Source of the DNA: Paramecium tetraurelia
Taxonomy: Eukaryota
NCBI GenBank assembly: GCA_000165425.1
Contig: CT868352.1
Span: 372,001-436,000, forward strand
Direction of reading: 5' to 3'
DNA: 64,000 nucleotides
Under the pieces are notes generated by a model. The model had not been told where the DNA came from, made no database searches, and saw nothing but the letters and a program-made list of their open reading frames with translations. The first letter of the stretch is position 1. Each line of letters begins with the position of its first letter. The translations under genes were made by a program, and so were the position numbers. Shown here piece after piece: positions 26,689 through 40,754 of the stretch.

Positions 26689-28365
26689 ATGAATAAAGAA
26701 AATGTTTGTCAAGCCTTTAAAACAGTGAAAGTTAGCAATCGAGAATTAGAAACCTTTGTGAATTCTCGAGTTAATTAATTGTAGAGATAACTGCAGGAAA
26801 AAGAATAAGAAATTGCTTAATTGTAATAATACAATCCATCTGCGCATTCTCATTTGATCGAAATTAAATTTGATACCATTCAAGCAGAAAATCATTAATT
26901 AAGAAATTAAGTTAATTAATATGAATAAATGATTAAATCCATTTAGAATAAATGCAATTCGTATTAAAATCAAATAGAAACATTAACCAATCTTCTCTAA
27001 GAAACTCAAATCACTTTAGACTTTGAGAGATAAGCTAAATAAGCTTTGGAACTCTAACAGTCAAATATCTAACTTGATGCAGAATCAGAAAAATCAGCAA
27101 TCAAAACATAAATTGATTTATTAAGGAAAGAAAAATATCAATATTAATCGTAATTTTAAGAAATTGATTTATAATTGAAATAATAAAATTTGGCCAATAT
27201 GGAACTTACTTAAGAATTAAGTACACTCAGTAATTCATTCTCATAATTATAATTTTCATATTCCAAACTAGAGGAAAAGGCTTATGAATTAGAATCAAAG
27301 AATGAGATCTTAGTTTCTTAGTTAGAAGTTTACAAAACTTAAAATGACTAGTTGAAATCTCAATGGCAATAGTCTGACCCTAAAAATATAGAAAAACAGT
27401 ATTAATAGAATGAGAAGATTGCTGAGCTTGAAGCCAAATTGAGATTATCGTATGAGAATACTTCTTAATTCCAGCAATTACTGAATGAAAAATAAGAACA
27501 CATAAAGAAATTGGAAAGATAATTATAAAGACACTAAAATTGGAATGAGAATAACAATATTTTGCAGGATCAATTAGATAAATCTTAATATGCTTTTGAA
27601 GAGATGCAATTTGAAAATTAAAAAATTGCCAAGTACCAATAATAATAAATAGAATAATTGAAAAGACAATTGGAGTAATAAAGTAATAATAATGAAGAGT
27701 TGATTGAAACAAAATAATAATTAAAAATAATATAAACTGAATTTGAAAATTATAAATCCAATCAAGATAACAAATTAAATGAAGTAAACTTATAATGTAT
27801 ATTAAAATAGATTAATTCAAAGCCATAATTAGACTAACAAACTGAATGGCATTTAGAAAAATCTAAATTGGTCAGTTAAATATAACACTTGTCAAGTTAA
27901 GTTGAAGTTTAATAAAATCAAACTTATGATTAATTTAGAATTCAAATTGAAAGCTAGATGGCATTAAAATATTCAGCTGAAAAGGTCCAATTAGAAAATC
28001 AATTATGGGCTGTTCAAGATTAATTGAATGGAATATAAAATTCTATTGAATTATACGTTACAAAAATTAGTTAATTAAATATTGAGAATGATTAATTAAG
28101 AGAATAATTAATTGAAAATTAGAATAATTCAAAACAAATTTTGATCTTAGAATAATAAATTCGTAACTTTTGTGTGGAAATAGAAAAATTAAAGAGCATT
28201 ATAATACAGAAAAGCGATCAAATAGAATTTTTGTCCTCAAAGAAAATATAGACAGAATAATTGGTTAATTATGTGTAAGAATTGGAAAGAAAAGTGAATC
28301 ATCTAAGTTAAGACAATCAAAGGTTAAATGCAATAATAATTTAAAGATGCAAAAACTCTTGGTGA
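26689..28365 (+). CDS. Long coiled-coil protein, hypothetical
   Basis: Q/E/L/K heptad-rich frame with at least one tiny intron, ending ..RCKNSW-TGA. Confidence 0.7.
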
Positions 28366-28417
28366 GCAAAATTTATTATTTTTACTTTCACATATATGTA
28401 TATAATCATATTTATAA

Positions 28418-29018
28418 TCAATGTTATCTTTTTTTAAATCTTAAGAAATATTTAGGCAATGATTTCGTAAATTTTTTGGATTCCAAATTAGAATTTTTTT
28501 CAACGAAATTAAAGTTAAATTCTTACATAGTTTAAGCCACTTACACAGTTTAAACTTAGACAGTCTTATATTCAGATGAATGTCTAATTCTGTTGGTTTT
28601 GACTTATGTAATTACAAATTTATTTTACTAAATTAATGGATTAAGGATTTTATCTTAAGGCTTGTAAAGTGATATGGTTCTCAATTCAGTTCTGCATCTA
28701 AAATCGTTAATTGGACTATTTAATTTGCTTGAAGGATTCTGAGGAGGATGTAAGTTAGACTGAGTTAAATTTATAATGATTTTTCTTGCATCCGCTAAAG
28801 AATTGGATTAAGTTCTTCTTAATAGTTTTTTAATTTCCTTGTCGTAATCAATTTCATGCAGCGACTCTTCAGTAATACCCAAACTCAATAATGTTTCCAC
28901 AGCATTTTTTTCTTTTTAGTTATAATAATTAAACATAATTATTTAATAATAAATCATGATCCAACCTTTTTAATCTACTCTTAAATTTATTCAGGTGTTT
29001 TTAATGGAATGTAGGCAT
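28418..29018 (-). CDS. Hypothetical protein
   Basis: Largely open frame in the ciliate code (MPTFHQKHLNKFKSRLK...); no family recognised; internal intron structure not resolved. Confidence 0.5.
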
Positions 29019-29060
29019 CAATTTTTGTATGTTGAGGCAAGCGTGACTGTAAATATTATA

Positions 29061-30495
29061 TCAAATGAATACCCTCTATTCCATTAAATCAACATTAAAG
29101 AACTTTTTAATAATGGCTCCAATCTTTCTAGCTTCTTATTTGTAATTCACTAAATCCTTATCATTTCTTTTAATGTAACTTTGTAATGAATACAACTAAT
29201 ACTAAGATGAATAGTAATACTTGGACTTTGGATAGTTTTATTTTCTCACAACTCTTCAAAGCAATCATTAATTCATTGATCTTAATGATTCCAGTATTAT
29301 CTTTGTCTTACCTTTTAAAATGTTCAAGTAAAAACACTTCCATTTTACTTCTTTAAGCTTCTAATAAACCTTTGACTAAATTTTCAAAGATAGTTTCTTC
29401 TAATACCTTATCACTAGTTTCATATTCAACAGTCTGATCTTTAATGATTTCCATTATTTATTTGATTTCATCCTCTGTAAAGAATTATTACTAGATGATA
29501 ACAATATAAAAAATACTTCTTCCAGGATCTATTGGAAAACATTGGAAGGAACAGAATGAATCTCATCCTCGTCCTTAATTTTACATTATTCTACTATTTT
29601 TTTATATACATTTCTAAGATCTGTAGAGAGCATCCATTATGCTTCGAATCTGCTTTCCTCTTCCTTCTCTCTTAATTCCTTAAGTGCTTAATTCTAACAA
29701 TAGATTGAATGCAGTGTTTCAATTCCAAAAGATGAAATGTCTTTGAATTACAAAATTCCTGTTCTCGATACATCCAATCTATTGAGTGTGTCCTCCAATT
29801 AATGTTTACCTAGATGTAAGCCCATCAATTGAAATAATTAGCCTCCTTCTTCATAAGAGATTACTCCCATATCATCTTTATCAATCTATCGAAAACATTA
29901 ATAGAGGAGTTCGGCTAGCATTTTGATTTCTCTGATTTTTTCTTCTTCTGTGATTGTGAATTAATTTACTAATTCTTAATCGTGTTCCAATAATTCTGGC
30001 TAAACTACTAAATTCTCCTTTTCTTATTCTGGTTATTTTTCATATAATACTTCATCCATTCTCTTATTAATAATTCTAGTTTGTTCAAATTCTGTTCCTA
30101 GAAACATGATTCTACAGGTTCGATCTTTGCGTGCTAAAATGGTTTCAATCCATTTCTTGAAAATTATAGAATTTGCTTACTTCCATTTATGAAATTCGAA
30201 TAGTTCGATTGACTAAATGAATAAGTGAATCATTTTCAAATCTGAATGACATTGTTTTTTCAGATGGATCTGTCAAATCTGGAATATAGAAATACACTTT
30301 CACTGTTGCAACAGGAATGGGATTTGATGGAGTAGGTAATGAGAAAACTGTCATAAAACTATATATAATTTAGGTAACTTACGTATGTCCTGAAGTGGTT
30401 TCTTCAATATAGCTTGTGTAATATAAATACTTCTTCGTCCATTGACTCACGAAATTGTTGATCAAATGAATGCTTCTTTCTAATAAATCTGTCAT
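29061..30495 (-). CDS. AKAP14/AKAP28-domain protein with long C-terminal extension
   Basis: N-terminal LINNFVSQW..YLYY..FSLPTPSNPIPVATVKVYF resembles the AKAP28 domain. Tiny introns. Confidence 0.6.
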
Positions 30496-30570
30496 TAATG
30501 TTATTAATTAATTATTTGCAAAAAACAAATTAAATCAATTCAGGAGCAGAGATCATTTATTTACACTATT

Positions 30571-31711
30571 TCAATTAAGTTTTTGGGCATGCTATTTTTA
30601 TGTCAATTATAATTACAATTCATCCATATTTTTATATAATTTGTACATTTTGAGTTAAACTAATATATCTAAATCAGCAGACAATTTTAGTTTTTATTAA
30701 CTCATAATTTTTAAATACTTTGGATTCCATTTTAAGTTTAAATTTTATGACTATTAAGCTTAAAATGCCAGAATCGGAAACATCATCTTGTTTTCACTCT
30801 AGTTGTTCTAGTTTCTGTGGACTAGATTCTTTAGAGCAACAACTTTAATGAATAACTCTTGTAGTCTTTTCTTTTTGTCCTTTATCAAGTTCTTTTAATT
30901 GATCTATAAGCAATTACGTTAATATTATACCAACTGCTCTTTAAACATGTCAGTTTCATTTCTTCTCATCCTGTGTTTGCAAGAGACATCAGAAATGACT
31001 CGTTTACCATCCTTCCTTAACACCTTTGAAGCGATCATAACATTTAAAGCATCATAAACTCTTCTTTTGATATTTTATTCATCTTTAGGCTTGTAACTCA
31101 ATTTAATTCATACATTATCTAATTCAACTATTTATCCATCAGAACCTAAATCTTATATCAATCTTTATGCAACATCCTTATAAGATGTGGATTTCAATTC
31201 CAATACTATATCTCTCACTTTGACACTCAAATTACGTAGTCCTTTAATACTTTTACTTTATACCTTTCTAACTTCTTTAAGGCGTCTAATCTTAATAAAA
31301 TGCTAAATTTATTGACTTTTTTTCATTCTTCTCAGAATAATATCTCCTTGTTTATTCACTTCTGCGTTTCTATGGTGTCATTTCTGTAGTGTTAATTTAA
31401 ACAATTTAAAATCCCTATTACTTATTTTGTGATTATTTGATCACAACTTATTTTAATTGGGGAGATTGATTATTTGATGTTTACAGATCAAACATTTTTT
31501 ATAATGGTTATTGATCAAAAGGAAAAATATCATCTCCATTTTGTATGGGTTATGCAATGTAATAATCTTGCAAGACCATGTTATTAGGACTTAGGTGAGC
31601 ACGAAATAAAATAGGACTGTAAGGCTAAAACAGAATCATGTTGGATTGACGAAGGTTTAGAGGAGAGGATTCCAGTTCAGAATGAAAATCATTTGGAGTC
31701 TAATCAGTCAT
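30571..31711 (-). CDS. DP-family (E2F dimerisation partner) transcription factor
   Basis: KGLRNLSVKVRDIV..TSYKDVA..L and DEQNIKRRVYDALNVMIAS (DEF box), followed by a coiled coil. Confidence 0.9.
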
Positions 31712-32256
31712 TATAATAATTAATTAAAATTTGCATTCATTTAATTATATTTTTGCGCAATTTATAATACCCTTTCAATTTTATTTGTTACATAATAAGA
31801 AACAAGAAATAATTAATCAGTTAATTGATCAATATATTTATTTCATTCAATAATTCTTTTTTAATTTATAAAATTAACATTATAATATCGAAACAACTCT
31901 ATAGAATATCTATATATTAATATGATCTGTAAAAATACCTAATGGTTAAACAAAGATTGCTCATGTACAAATTTTGATTATTCCATCCTCAATATGATTT
32001 ATATTGAGTTATAAATTTGAATCAATTTCCAATATTGCATTTAAATTCAATTAATTGATAATTCATCAATCTCATTTCAGAATTGCACTATTAAGGTAAT
32101 AAGTATCTGAAGAATCATAATCTTGTTAATCCTGCCCTTACAAAATCTTTTGATCTCTTCTAATTGGTTATCTCTTTCCCAAAGGAGTATTATATATTAC
32201 AACTGTAATTTAGGGGAATCAATTTGAAATATTTATTAAAAAAATTAAAACTTACG

Positions 32257-32903
32257 ATGAAAAATCAATAGCAATAATCTTCAGGCAATACTAATGCTGC
32301 TTAGATAAGAAAGAAGCTGCTCAATAATTAATAAGTTTTATCTGAAAGCTAAAAAAATGAAATCAAAAAAGCTTTTGATTATTTCGATACTGCAGGATCA
32401 GGCACAATTGAGGCAACAAACTTAAAAGTAGTGTTGAGAGCTCTGGGCTTTGATCCAACCTAAGAAGAAATTGGAAAACTTATTAAAGATCTCGGCAAAG
32501 GAGATGTGAAATATGATGCTTAGAGAATTGATTTTTAAGAATTTCTAGAAATTATGATGGTAAAGATGAGTCAGAAAGATTCTCTGGATGATATTAAAAG
32601 AGCATTTAATCTTTTCAAAGATGGTAACAACCCTAAAGTATTGAATGAATATTCATTTAGAAAATGATCACATTTGATTCCTTAAAGAAAGTAATCTAAG
32701 ACTTAGATGAAGATATGACTGATTAGTAAATCCTGCAATTGTTAAAGGGAGCCCAATCAAATACAAATGAATTGAAGGAGATGGATAAAGATGGAAAAGA
32801 GGAGAAGAAACAACCTGAAGATGAGTACAAGATAGAAGTATCAGAAGATCAATTTATTAAGATATTAACAAGAGATCTTAATGATGACAAAGAGAAATTA
32901 TGA
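32257..32903 (+). CDS. Divergent centrin-like EF-hand protein
   Basis: [50 protein letters not shown] and DIKRAFNLF. One tiny intron. Confidence 0.85.
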
Positions 32904-32912
32904 AACTTAATT

Positions 32913-34407
32913 TCATATTTTAACAATCATTCTTCCCTCATATTATCCAACTATCTAATAATTGCATGATCTGAAATACTATTGTGCTATTGGTCCTATG
33001 ACTGGTACTCTGTTTTTAGAGTGTAAACCTAAACATTTCAATTGAGATTACCTCTGCCTACAATAAACTCTACATCTATATTTATTTTTTTCAACCTTGT
33101 TTTATATATTTTAATCTATTCTATCAACTCATCCAATAGCTCCTCTACCTCTCCTCCATATATTCCATGCAAATCTACTTTTGTAAATGATTATCCTGCA
33201 ACAATCATTGCAACAAATATCTTAATCCCTTCTTATTCCAATTATTGAATTTTGTCATATTAAGTTTCATAAAAATGATTTAATTTGACCCCCATAGCCA
33301 CATTTCCATATTTACCTGCATATATTAGTCATATTCAATACCTGCACATCTATTCACAACTTGAGAATTGTTTCTTATTTCTTTTATTTTCTATCTATTA
33401 TTAACAAATAATTATTTAAGCTCATTTGCAGATAGATTTCTGTACTTCTCACTCACAGTAAATTGTTAGACTTGAATTGGGTTGTCTTATTAAGCTACAA
33501 CTTTAGTTCTTTATATAATTTTTGGATAATATTCGTCATTGTAATACTTAGTAAGAAAGCCTTTGCAATACTCATAGGTTCCCAATTATTCAAATGCAAA
33601 TTTAATCTTAGAATAAGAAAAGAAGGGGAATTCCTCACATAATCTTTGTAAAAGAGAAGTTGAATCTGGTTTCGATTACTATTACTATTGTTATGTCCAA
33701 GAATTCACAAATTTTCTTAGATTACCATAATTTGAGATTTACATCTATTGAGAGAGAATATCCTTGTTGGTTTTTAATTGGATTTTTTAACCCTCATCTG
33801 GAGGAATCAAAAAGGGAAATTCATTATAGTCATTCTGAATTTAGTTCTACTATTAGTTTATCAACTTGTGCATATAGGATTGGATGTTGCTTATAAATTC
33901 AAGTGGTATTTGATTGACATCAACCCCAAGTAGATCAAGATAAGTATTATTATTAATATTATCCTCATTTTATGTTTCATCATAAAACTTATCGTAGGAA
34001 TTGAGGACATCCTTTAGTTCAGGTTCATCCAGCCAAATCATCGACACTTCAGCTTTTAATGAATTATAGTCTTCTGATTTATCTTCAAAAATAAAGCCTT
34101 CATTTAATTATTCTTAGTCCTCATTGTTTTCTAATTTCTCAAACTCTTTTATATACTTTTAGAGATCGTCCTCTTATATTTCCACTACATCTTCCAGAAC
34201 TACTGGCTCACTTTATAATTCTAGCAACTTTGATACAGTATTTTCGATGTTTGCTTTTTCTGACCTATAACATTATTCGATCAACTCTTTATCAAATGAT
34301 GGAAACATATCATAAAGGGTTTATGGTGGTAATTATTATTGTCTTCTCTTTTTATTTTACCTCGAAGTTGTTTTTGTTGTTACATAATTTAATTCCTCGT
34401 CTGACAT
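32913..34407 (-). CDS. CUE-domain plus Smr-domain protein (Cue2/N4BP2/NONU-1-like)
   Basis: CUE-like LYDMFPSFDKELIE and LCEEFPFF. C-terminal Smr VDLHG and (after splicing) IVGRGLHSKNRVPVIGP. Confidence 0.8.
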
Positions 34408-34582
34408 AATAAAATTTATGTTAAATAAAGTTCATTCGTAATTTTTTTAATTTAAAATCTTCCATACATTTAAATATTCATATCTTAGTTAATGATTGCA
34501 TCTCATTCTTAATATTAATTATAATAATAAAAACTAAGTAACATTAATAAAAATTAGGTAAAATTCATTAAATATTCTATTC

Positions 34583-36725
34583 TCATGTTAACTAAAGGTT
34601 TTCATATGGATTCTTTATTCCTAATGACACTTTTTGAATCATCTGTTCTCGAAATTAATTTAAAGCTTCCCTGACATCTTTACACTTTTTTATTGCGATT
34701 TCTAGTCTTATTATCATTTATTACATTCTAAAAGAGGCATCAAATCTTTCAACGCTCTGTCCTTTTGCTCACCAGTCCAACTCTAAATGTATATCCCATT
34801 TTCAGGTTGCAACTAAAAGTTCTCAGGCATATTATCAACAATTATCACTCTATTTAAGTTCCTTCCAAGAATAGATAGATCCTATTCATTACTATATAAC
34901 CCTTACTTTTATATAAACATTATCCTTTTGAAATGTATGTTCTCTATATAATCTTGCCTTGACTATCTGTTATTTATCGATTATATCTATAATAAAATTA
35001 GCATAATCAGGTTAGGCAGCTGTAAAAATTACTATTTCATAATATTTTGATAACTTTTCTAAAAACTCTTCTGTGTAAGGTCTCACTAAAAATTGTCCTC
35101 CACCATTTGGAAACTATTTATCATCATTTATTTGTGTATACTTCTTAATAATGAACCAAAGTTTCATCAAGATCTAAAACTAATGTATAATTTTTTGTTT
35201 GTTTAGTAGGAAGTATGGGCGATTTCTTTTTGTCTACAGCACTTGTACTTTTATTACTACTTTAACTCTTTAGACTGTTATCTTTTTATAACTACTTAGA
35301 AATTTGATTTAATATTTTGTTTTGCTAAACAAAATAAGATTCTAAACTTTGTTATTTGAAATCAAGTGACTAATATACCTCTGGATGAGTCGTGTCGTCA
35401 ATACCTAATATTGATTAATTACTTACATCAATTCCAAAATAGATCTTATAATAAAATTATTTTTCTACAAGGTTTGTTTGGCCTTGCTCTATTATTTTTT
35501 TTACTAAAATTGCCTTAATTCTATCCTTTACTTTAACAAAGACTAATTGTATAATTATGTATTTGATACATGAACCACAGCAGAATTGACTGTTTGGATT
35601 AAGTAAAAATTACTTTAAGTGATGTATACGATTAAATTTTTTAAATTTTAATCCAAAATCTATTACCCTCTTGATTATTCCATTAACATTATCAAAACAG
35701 TAAAGGATTCCAATAAAAATGTATCAATTATATTTATGTCGATATCATATAGATATTCACTCTAAAATTAATAATTATTATACATTTTTTCTTTCTGACA
35801 ATTAACTTATACATTAATGTAATTCCATGCAATGGTTGACCAATGATGAATAATTTAATTTTTCTAAATTTTAATTCAGTTGATTCCATTATAATTCCTT
35901 CTAGAGTACCAGCTAAATGAGTTGATCAGAGATTTCTTCAGTCTTTGCGAAACAATTTAAGTCCTATTAAGGTCTTTTAGAAATAGTAGAAATTCCATTA
36001 TTTTTGACAGTCGATGTTTCATTCTAATTTTAGTATTTTTCAGTTTTTTATGAAGTTTTCTTTTGTAGACTATTATCGATTTTTTGTTTCAATTATTAGA
36101 TCTAACTTATGTAGATGGAGGAATGATAACTATCTTTGTTCTAATTGTTATTGAACCAATTCTTTTATGTTATTTAGTTGTTATTGTTTCTTTATTGTTG
36201 ATGTTGCTTAGCCAATTAGGATAAAGTTAACACATTCTATTTGATCTGAGAATCTGATTATTTATTTTGAAACATGTAATATAAATTTTGAAGGTTTTCG
36301 CTATTCTGATTTACTTCTCTAGTAGATTAAGGTGCTACTAGCTACTATTTGTAATACGAATCATTTGCCTTTGGGGTTTTAGAGTCTTGATATATTAAGA
36401 ATTATTTACAAGTGTTATCTGTCAGCCTCATATCCTATTTCTCCCTTAGACTCTATCCAAATGATGATTTTGGAGAAATTTGATCTGTCTATACTAAATT
36501 TGAAAGTATTTATTTAATCTTGGAGGCACTTTATTAATTGCGATGACCTTTTCTCTCTTGAGGAGTATGATCTGAGAGATTAATAAATAAATGCAGTATA
36601 CTTCTATATTCAATTAGATCTTTGAATGAATTCTTTGATTTGTTTGATATCATAGAGGTTTCAAGATTATTAGTTAGATAAGAATTGCGTAATTTCTTTT
36701 ATTCATTTTGTCGATAAGAATTCAT
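34583..36725 (-). CDS. FCP1/SCP-like (NIF, HAD-family) phosphatase with long N-terminal region
   Basis: YTLVLDLDETLVHY, FLVRPY, IVIFTAA, DLSILGRNL..IIVDN..NF. A 22-nt intron near 35762-35783 joins the upstream low-complexity ORF in frame. Confidence 0.85.
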
Positions 36726-37274
36726 ATTGAATGAGTTACTTTAACAGATTTTAATTAATGAACTTTTTTATATTTTCAATTAAACATTCTTTCCATTTTC
36801 AAATACCCAAAACTTATCAATTTTTAATCTATATCAACCTTACAAGAGATATTCTTATACAAGTACCACATTTTATGGGTATGTCTTTTGAAGAAGAGAA
36901 TTTTATTATTTAAAATATACCATATTCAAAATGCCATAAGAACGACTAAATTAGTCTTAATTATCGCAATTCTGAATGTGCGGAGACTTGGAATATTGTG
37001 ATTGACAGATAAATTTAAGTTTCGATCTAAATCATTAATTCAATGATCTTCATTATATTAACTAGAAAAATAGCTCAATTGCTCCTATAATGACTACCTT
37101 GTTACCCATTTATTTTATAAGAGATAACAGAGCAAACCATTTTTATAAATTATTTTATGTTCGAAAAAATGTATAAATTTGTTGGATAGTAAAAATATAA
37201 TATTATACTTTTACTATCTACTTTTCTATTTAAAAGCTGGCATCGATTGTCAAGAAATAAATAATTAAATTAAG

Positions 37275-37916
37275 ATGTAACAAAAAACACAAAGAAGAGG
37301 AAAACCGAGTTAATTGGAAGTGATTCAAGCAAACACTGATGTCTGGCTTTTTAATGAAAGATGCTTAGAATTATATTTATTACTCTAGGAAGAAGCGCAT
37401 TATTTCCCATATTGTTCACGCAAGGGCGAATCATTGAGTCCAGAGGATGAAAAGAAGAAGAATCGCGTGATGGTAGCAGCAGAGTCACTTGGAATAAATG
37501 TCCATCCAGATAAAGCTATTGTGTTATTTTTTAAAACAGAATAATCTTTGGGGGAATAATACAATCACTAATTAATGGCTGAGCTTTTGGATACATTGAA
37601 AAAGGTGAATGCTGAAAAATTAATCTAATTGAGTTACTAGCTTAATGACAGCTTCATTCAAGAACTTATAACCATAATCAAATATAGAAATGTTGAAGAA
37701 GTTTTAGCTAGGAACCTATTGAATGATGAATTACATCCTGATCATAAATTTTAGATAGTTAAGAATGCTTATTTACACCATGTTAAAGTGAATGAGACGC
37801 CATTAACGTTTGTAGAATTTCTTAGTTCACATGAAGCAACTCAAAGAGTAAAAAGATTTGCTTAAAAGATTAACGAAACAATCTTTCTGTATAGCAATTG
37901 GCAATGGATATAATGA
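37275..37916 (+). CDS. Hypothetical protein (~213 aa)
   Basis: Intronless ATG-to-TGA frame of 642 nt with coding-like composition; no family recognised. Confidence 0.7.
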
Positions 37917-38620
37917 TATACCATTAGATTATTATATTATATTTATATTTATATTATTTATTTATTATTAATAGAATATTCAAAAACTGGTAATTCAACT
38001 CCTATTTACATAAAAACTGATTTTAGCAGAAGTAGCACCTATCTATGGAAATACAGCAAAGCTTCTCAGTTATTATAATTTGATATGATATAATCAATTA
38101 TAGAATTATTTTGAAGAACATCTATCTCTGTACTAAATATAAAGACATAAATGTTGTTCTAAATTCCGAAAAAAATTAGATTGAAATGTATTAAAACCTT
38201 ATCAAATTAGAGTATTTAGCATTATAATTATATTTAATTATTTCTCAAAAACTCAAATTTCTATCTGATTAATATATATGTATTCATTACTATATGTTGA
38301 TAACTTATACACATTATCATAATTTCTTACATATTTGTTAATATAATATATATTTCATCACGATCATAGTGCGAAAAAATGAGATGCTAAATTGATATTT
38401 AAATACTCATTAGAAGTGAGAAATAGTGTGAAATGTTGAAAATGAGAATGTAAGAAACGGTGGATAGTGTAAATAAAATAATAACATAGAAATTTTTAAA
38501 ATATGGGTTTGATAAATATCTTAATTACGTAATAAAAGTTTTTATTAGATTACTAATAAAATACGTAATATAAAGGGATTAAATGTGTTGAAATGATCGT
38601 CGTAAATAAAATCACTAATA

Positions 38621-40326
38621 ATGCAGATTTAAAACTTACAAACACATGAACTATTACAGAAATGGGGACTTCATAACACAACCGTATTCAGAAATCCCAG
38701 TGCCCCCCTTATTTATTAACTGTCAATGTAATAAGCAGACGGATCATCTACTAGACCAGACTCTATAAATAATACTGGTGCATTAGTGGCTTATTCTGGG
38801 AAGAAATGTGGGTAATTGTTTGGCAATAATCATATAGTCGAGTACCAAAGGATAAAAGGATTATCAAAGACCAAGTAACTGAGTAGGATGTGTGGTGGGG
38901 TGATGTGAACATTGCTTTGAGTAGAGAATCGTATAGTGAAGTTGAAAGGATTGCTTTGGATTATTTGGGAAGCAGAGAAAGAGTAAACAATACTATCAAA
39001 TATACTTTAGTTGTTTATAATAGACGGGTATGCTGGTTGGGATCCTAACCATAGATTAAGAATTCGAGTATTCTGTACAAGACCATATCATGCTCTCTTT
39101 ATGAAGAATATGTTAATCAGGCCAACTGAAGAGGAATTGAAAAAAGACTTTAACGGTGACGTTGATTTTTATATATTCAATGCAGGACCTCAAACTATCC
39201 AAAAACCAATAGACGGAGTCACCTCTGAAGGATGTGTTGCTGTCAATCTAACTGAGAGAAAGATGGTAATTTTGGGTACTCAATATGCTGGGGAAATGAA
39301 GAAAGGAGTATTTGGAGTTACTCATTATTTACTTCCAAAACAAGGCATTCTTACTTTACATAGTTCTGCAAATGAAGGAGAGAATGGAGATGTTACTTTG
39401 TTATTTGGCTTAAGTGGCACAGGCAAAACTACTTTGAGTGCTGATCCCAAGAGAAAACTTATAGGAGATGATGAACATGCTTGGTCTGATCACGGAATTT
39501 TTAATATTGAAGGTGGTTGCTATGCTAAATGTGTTGATCTCTCTAAAGAAAAAGAACCTGAAATTTACAATGCAGTCAAATTTGGAGCTGTTTTGGAAAA
39601 CATTGAATATTTTTCTAATGAAACCAGGGAAGTAGATTTCTCAAATATCTCAATCACTGAAAACACTAGAGTGAGTTATCCCTTAGAATTCATACCAGGA
39701 GCTAAGTTTCCAGCTTAAGGTGGACATCCAAAAAATATATTCTTTTTGACTTGCGATGCTTATGGTGTCTTACCTCCAGTCTCTATGTTGACACCTGAAT
39801 AAGCTATGTATCATTTCATCTCTGGTTACACTGCCAAAGTTGCAGGAACTGAAGTAGGGGTTAAAGAACCCTAAGCAACATTCTCTGCTTGTTTTGGAGA
39901 AGCCTTTCTAGCATTGCATCCAACTCTCTATGCTAACATGCTAGCTGAAAAAATTAAGAAATTTGATACCAAAGTCTGGTTAATCAACACCGGATGGTCA
40001 GGTGGAAAATATGGAGTAGGATAGAGGATGTCATTGAAATACACAAGAGCTATTATAGACCTTATCCATAGTGGAGAATTGAAGGATGCTGAATATGAAA
40101 ACTTCCCTATTTTCAATTTTAAGATACCAAAGGCTGCCAAGAATATTCCATCAGAAATTCTTAACCCAAGAAATACATGGCCGTATCATATTTAATATAT
40201 ATATTTAGAAACCCAGATGAATTTGATAAACAGTTATTAGAATTAGCTTAAAAGTTTTAGACTAATTTCAAAAAGTATGAAGACAAAGCAACATTAGAAA
40301 TTATTAATGCAGGTCCAAAACTATGA
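38621..40326 (+). CDS. PCK1: Phosphoenolpyruvate carboxykinase (ATP)
   Basis: [61 protein letters not shown] and WLINTGW. Three tiny introns. Confidence 0.97.
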
Positions 40327-40754
40327 TTTATTATTGTATATTGGATTTGTAATTTTCAGCCATAATAATTATTTAATATTTTATCTTTGTATTTGTCTGG
40401 ACTTGAAAATGAGAGAATTCTTATAATCTTTTCTTATCAATTCAATAGTATTTAGAGAGATATCAAAGACACTCAATTCCATTATCATAAATTTAAAAAT
40501 AGTACAAAAAATCAAAATTAACAAATTTATTCTATTTTACTCTCATCAATTATTTTGATCTGTGCAATCTTTATCATATACTTTCTTTAATAGTACTCAA
40601 ATTATCACCATAAGTTTAATTAAGTAAACTCAAGAATCACATAAAATAGATTCATAATTATGAAAGAATATTTTTGATACTTTACTTTTATAAAGAAATA
40701 ATCATCAAAGGAATTGGAAATTATAATAAATAGATAGATGTACATAAATATTTA

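Noticed and set aside
31751..31760. TTTTGCGCAA upstream of the DP gene as an E2F autoregulatory site
   Set aside because: A single imperfect match to TTTSSCGC, not distinguishable from chance.
36776..37053. About 90-codon minus-strand ORF upstream of the phosphatase
   Set aside because: With only one stop codon, ORFs of this length arise by chance, and there is no motif support.
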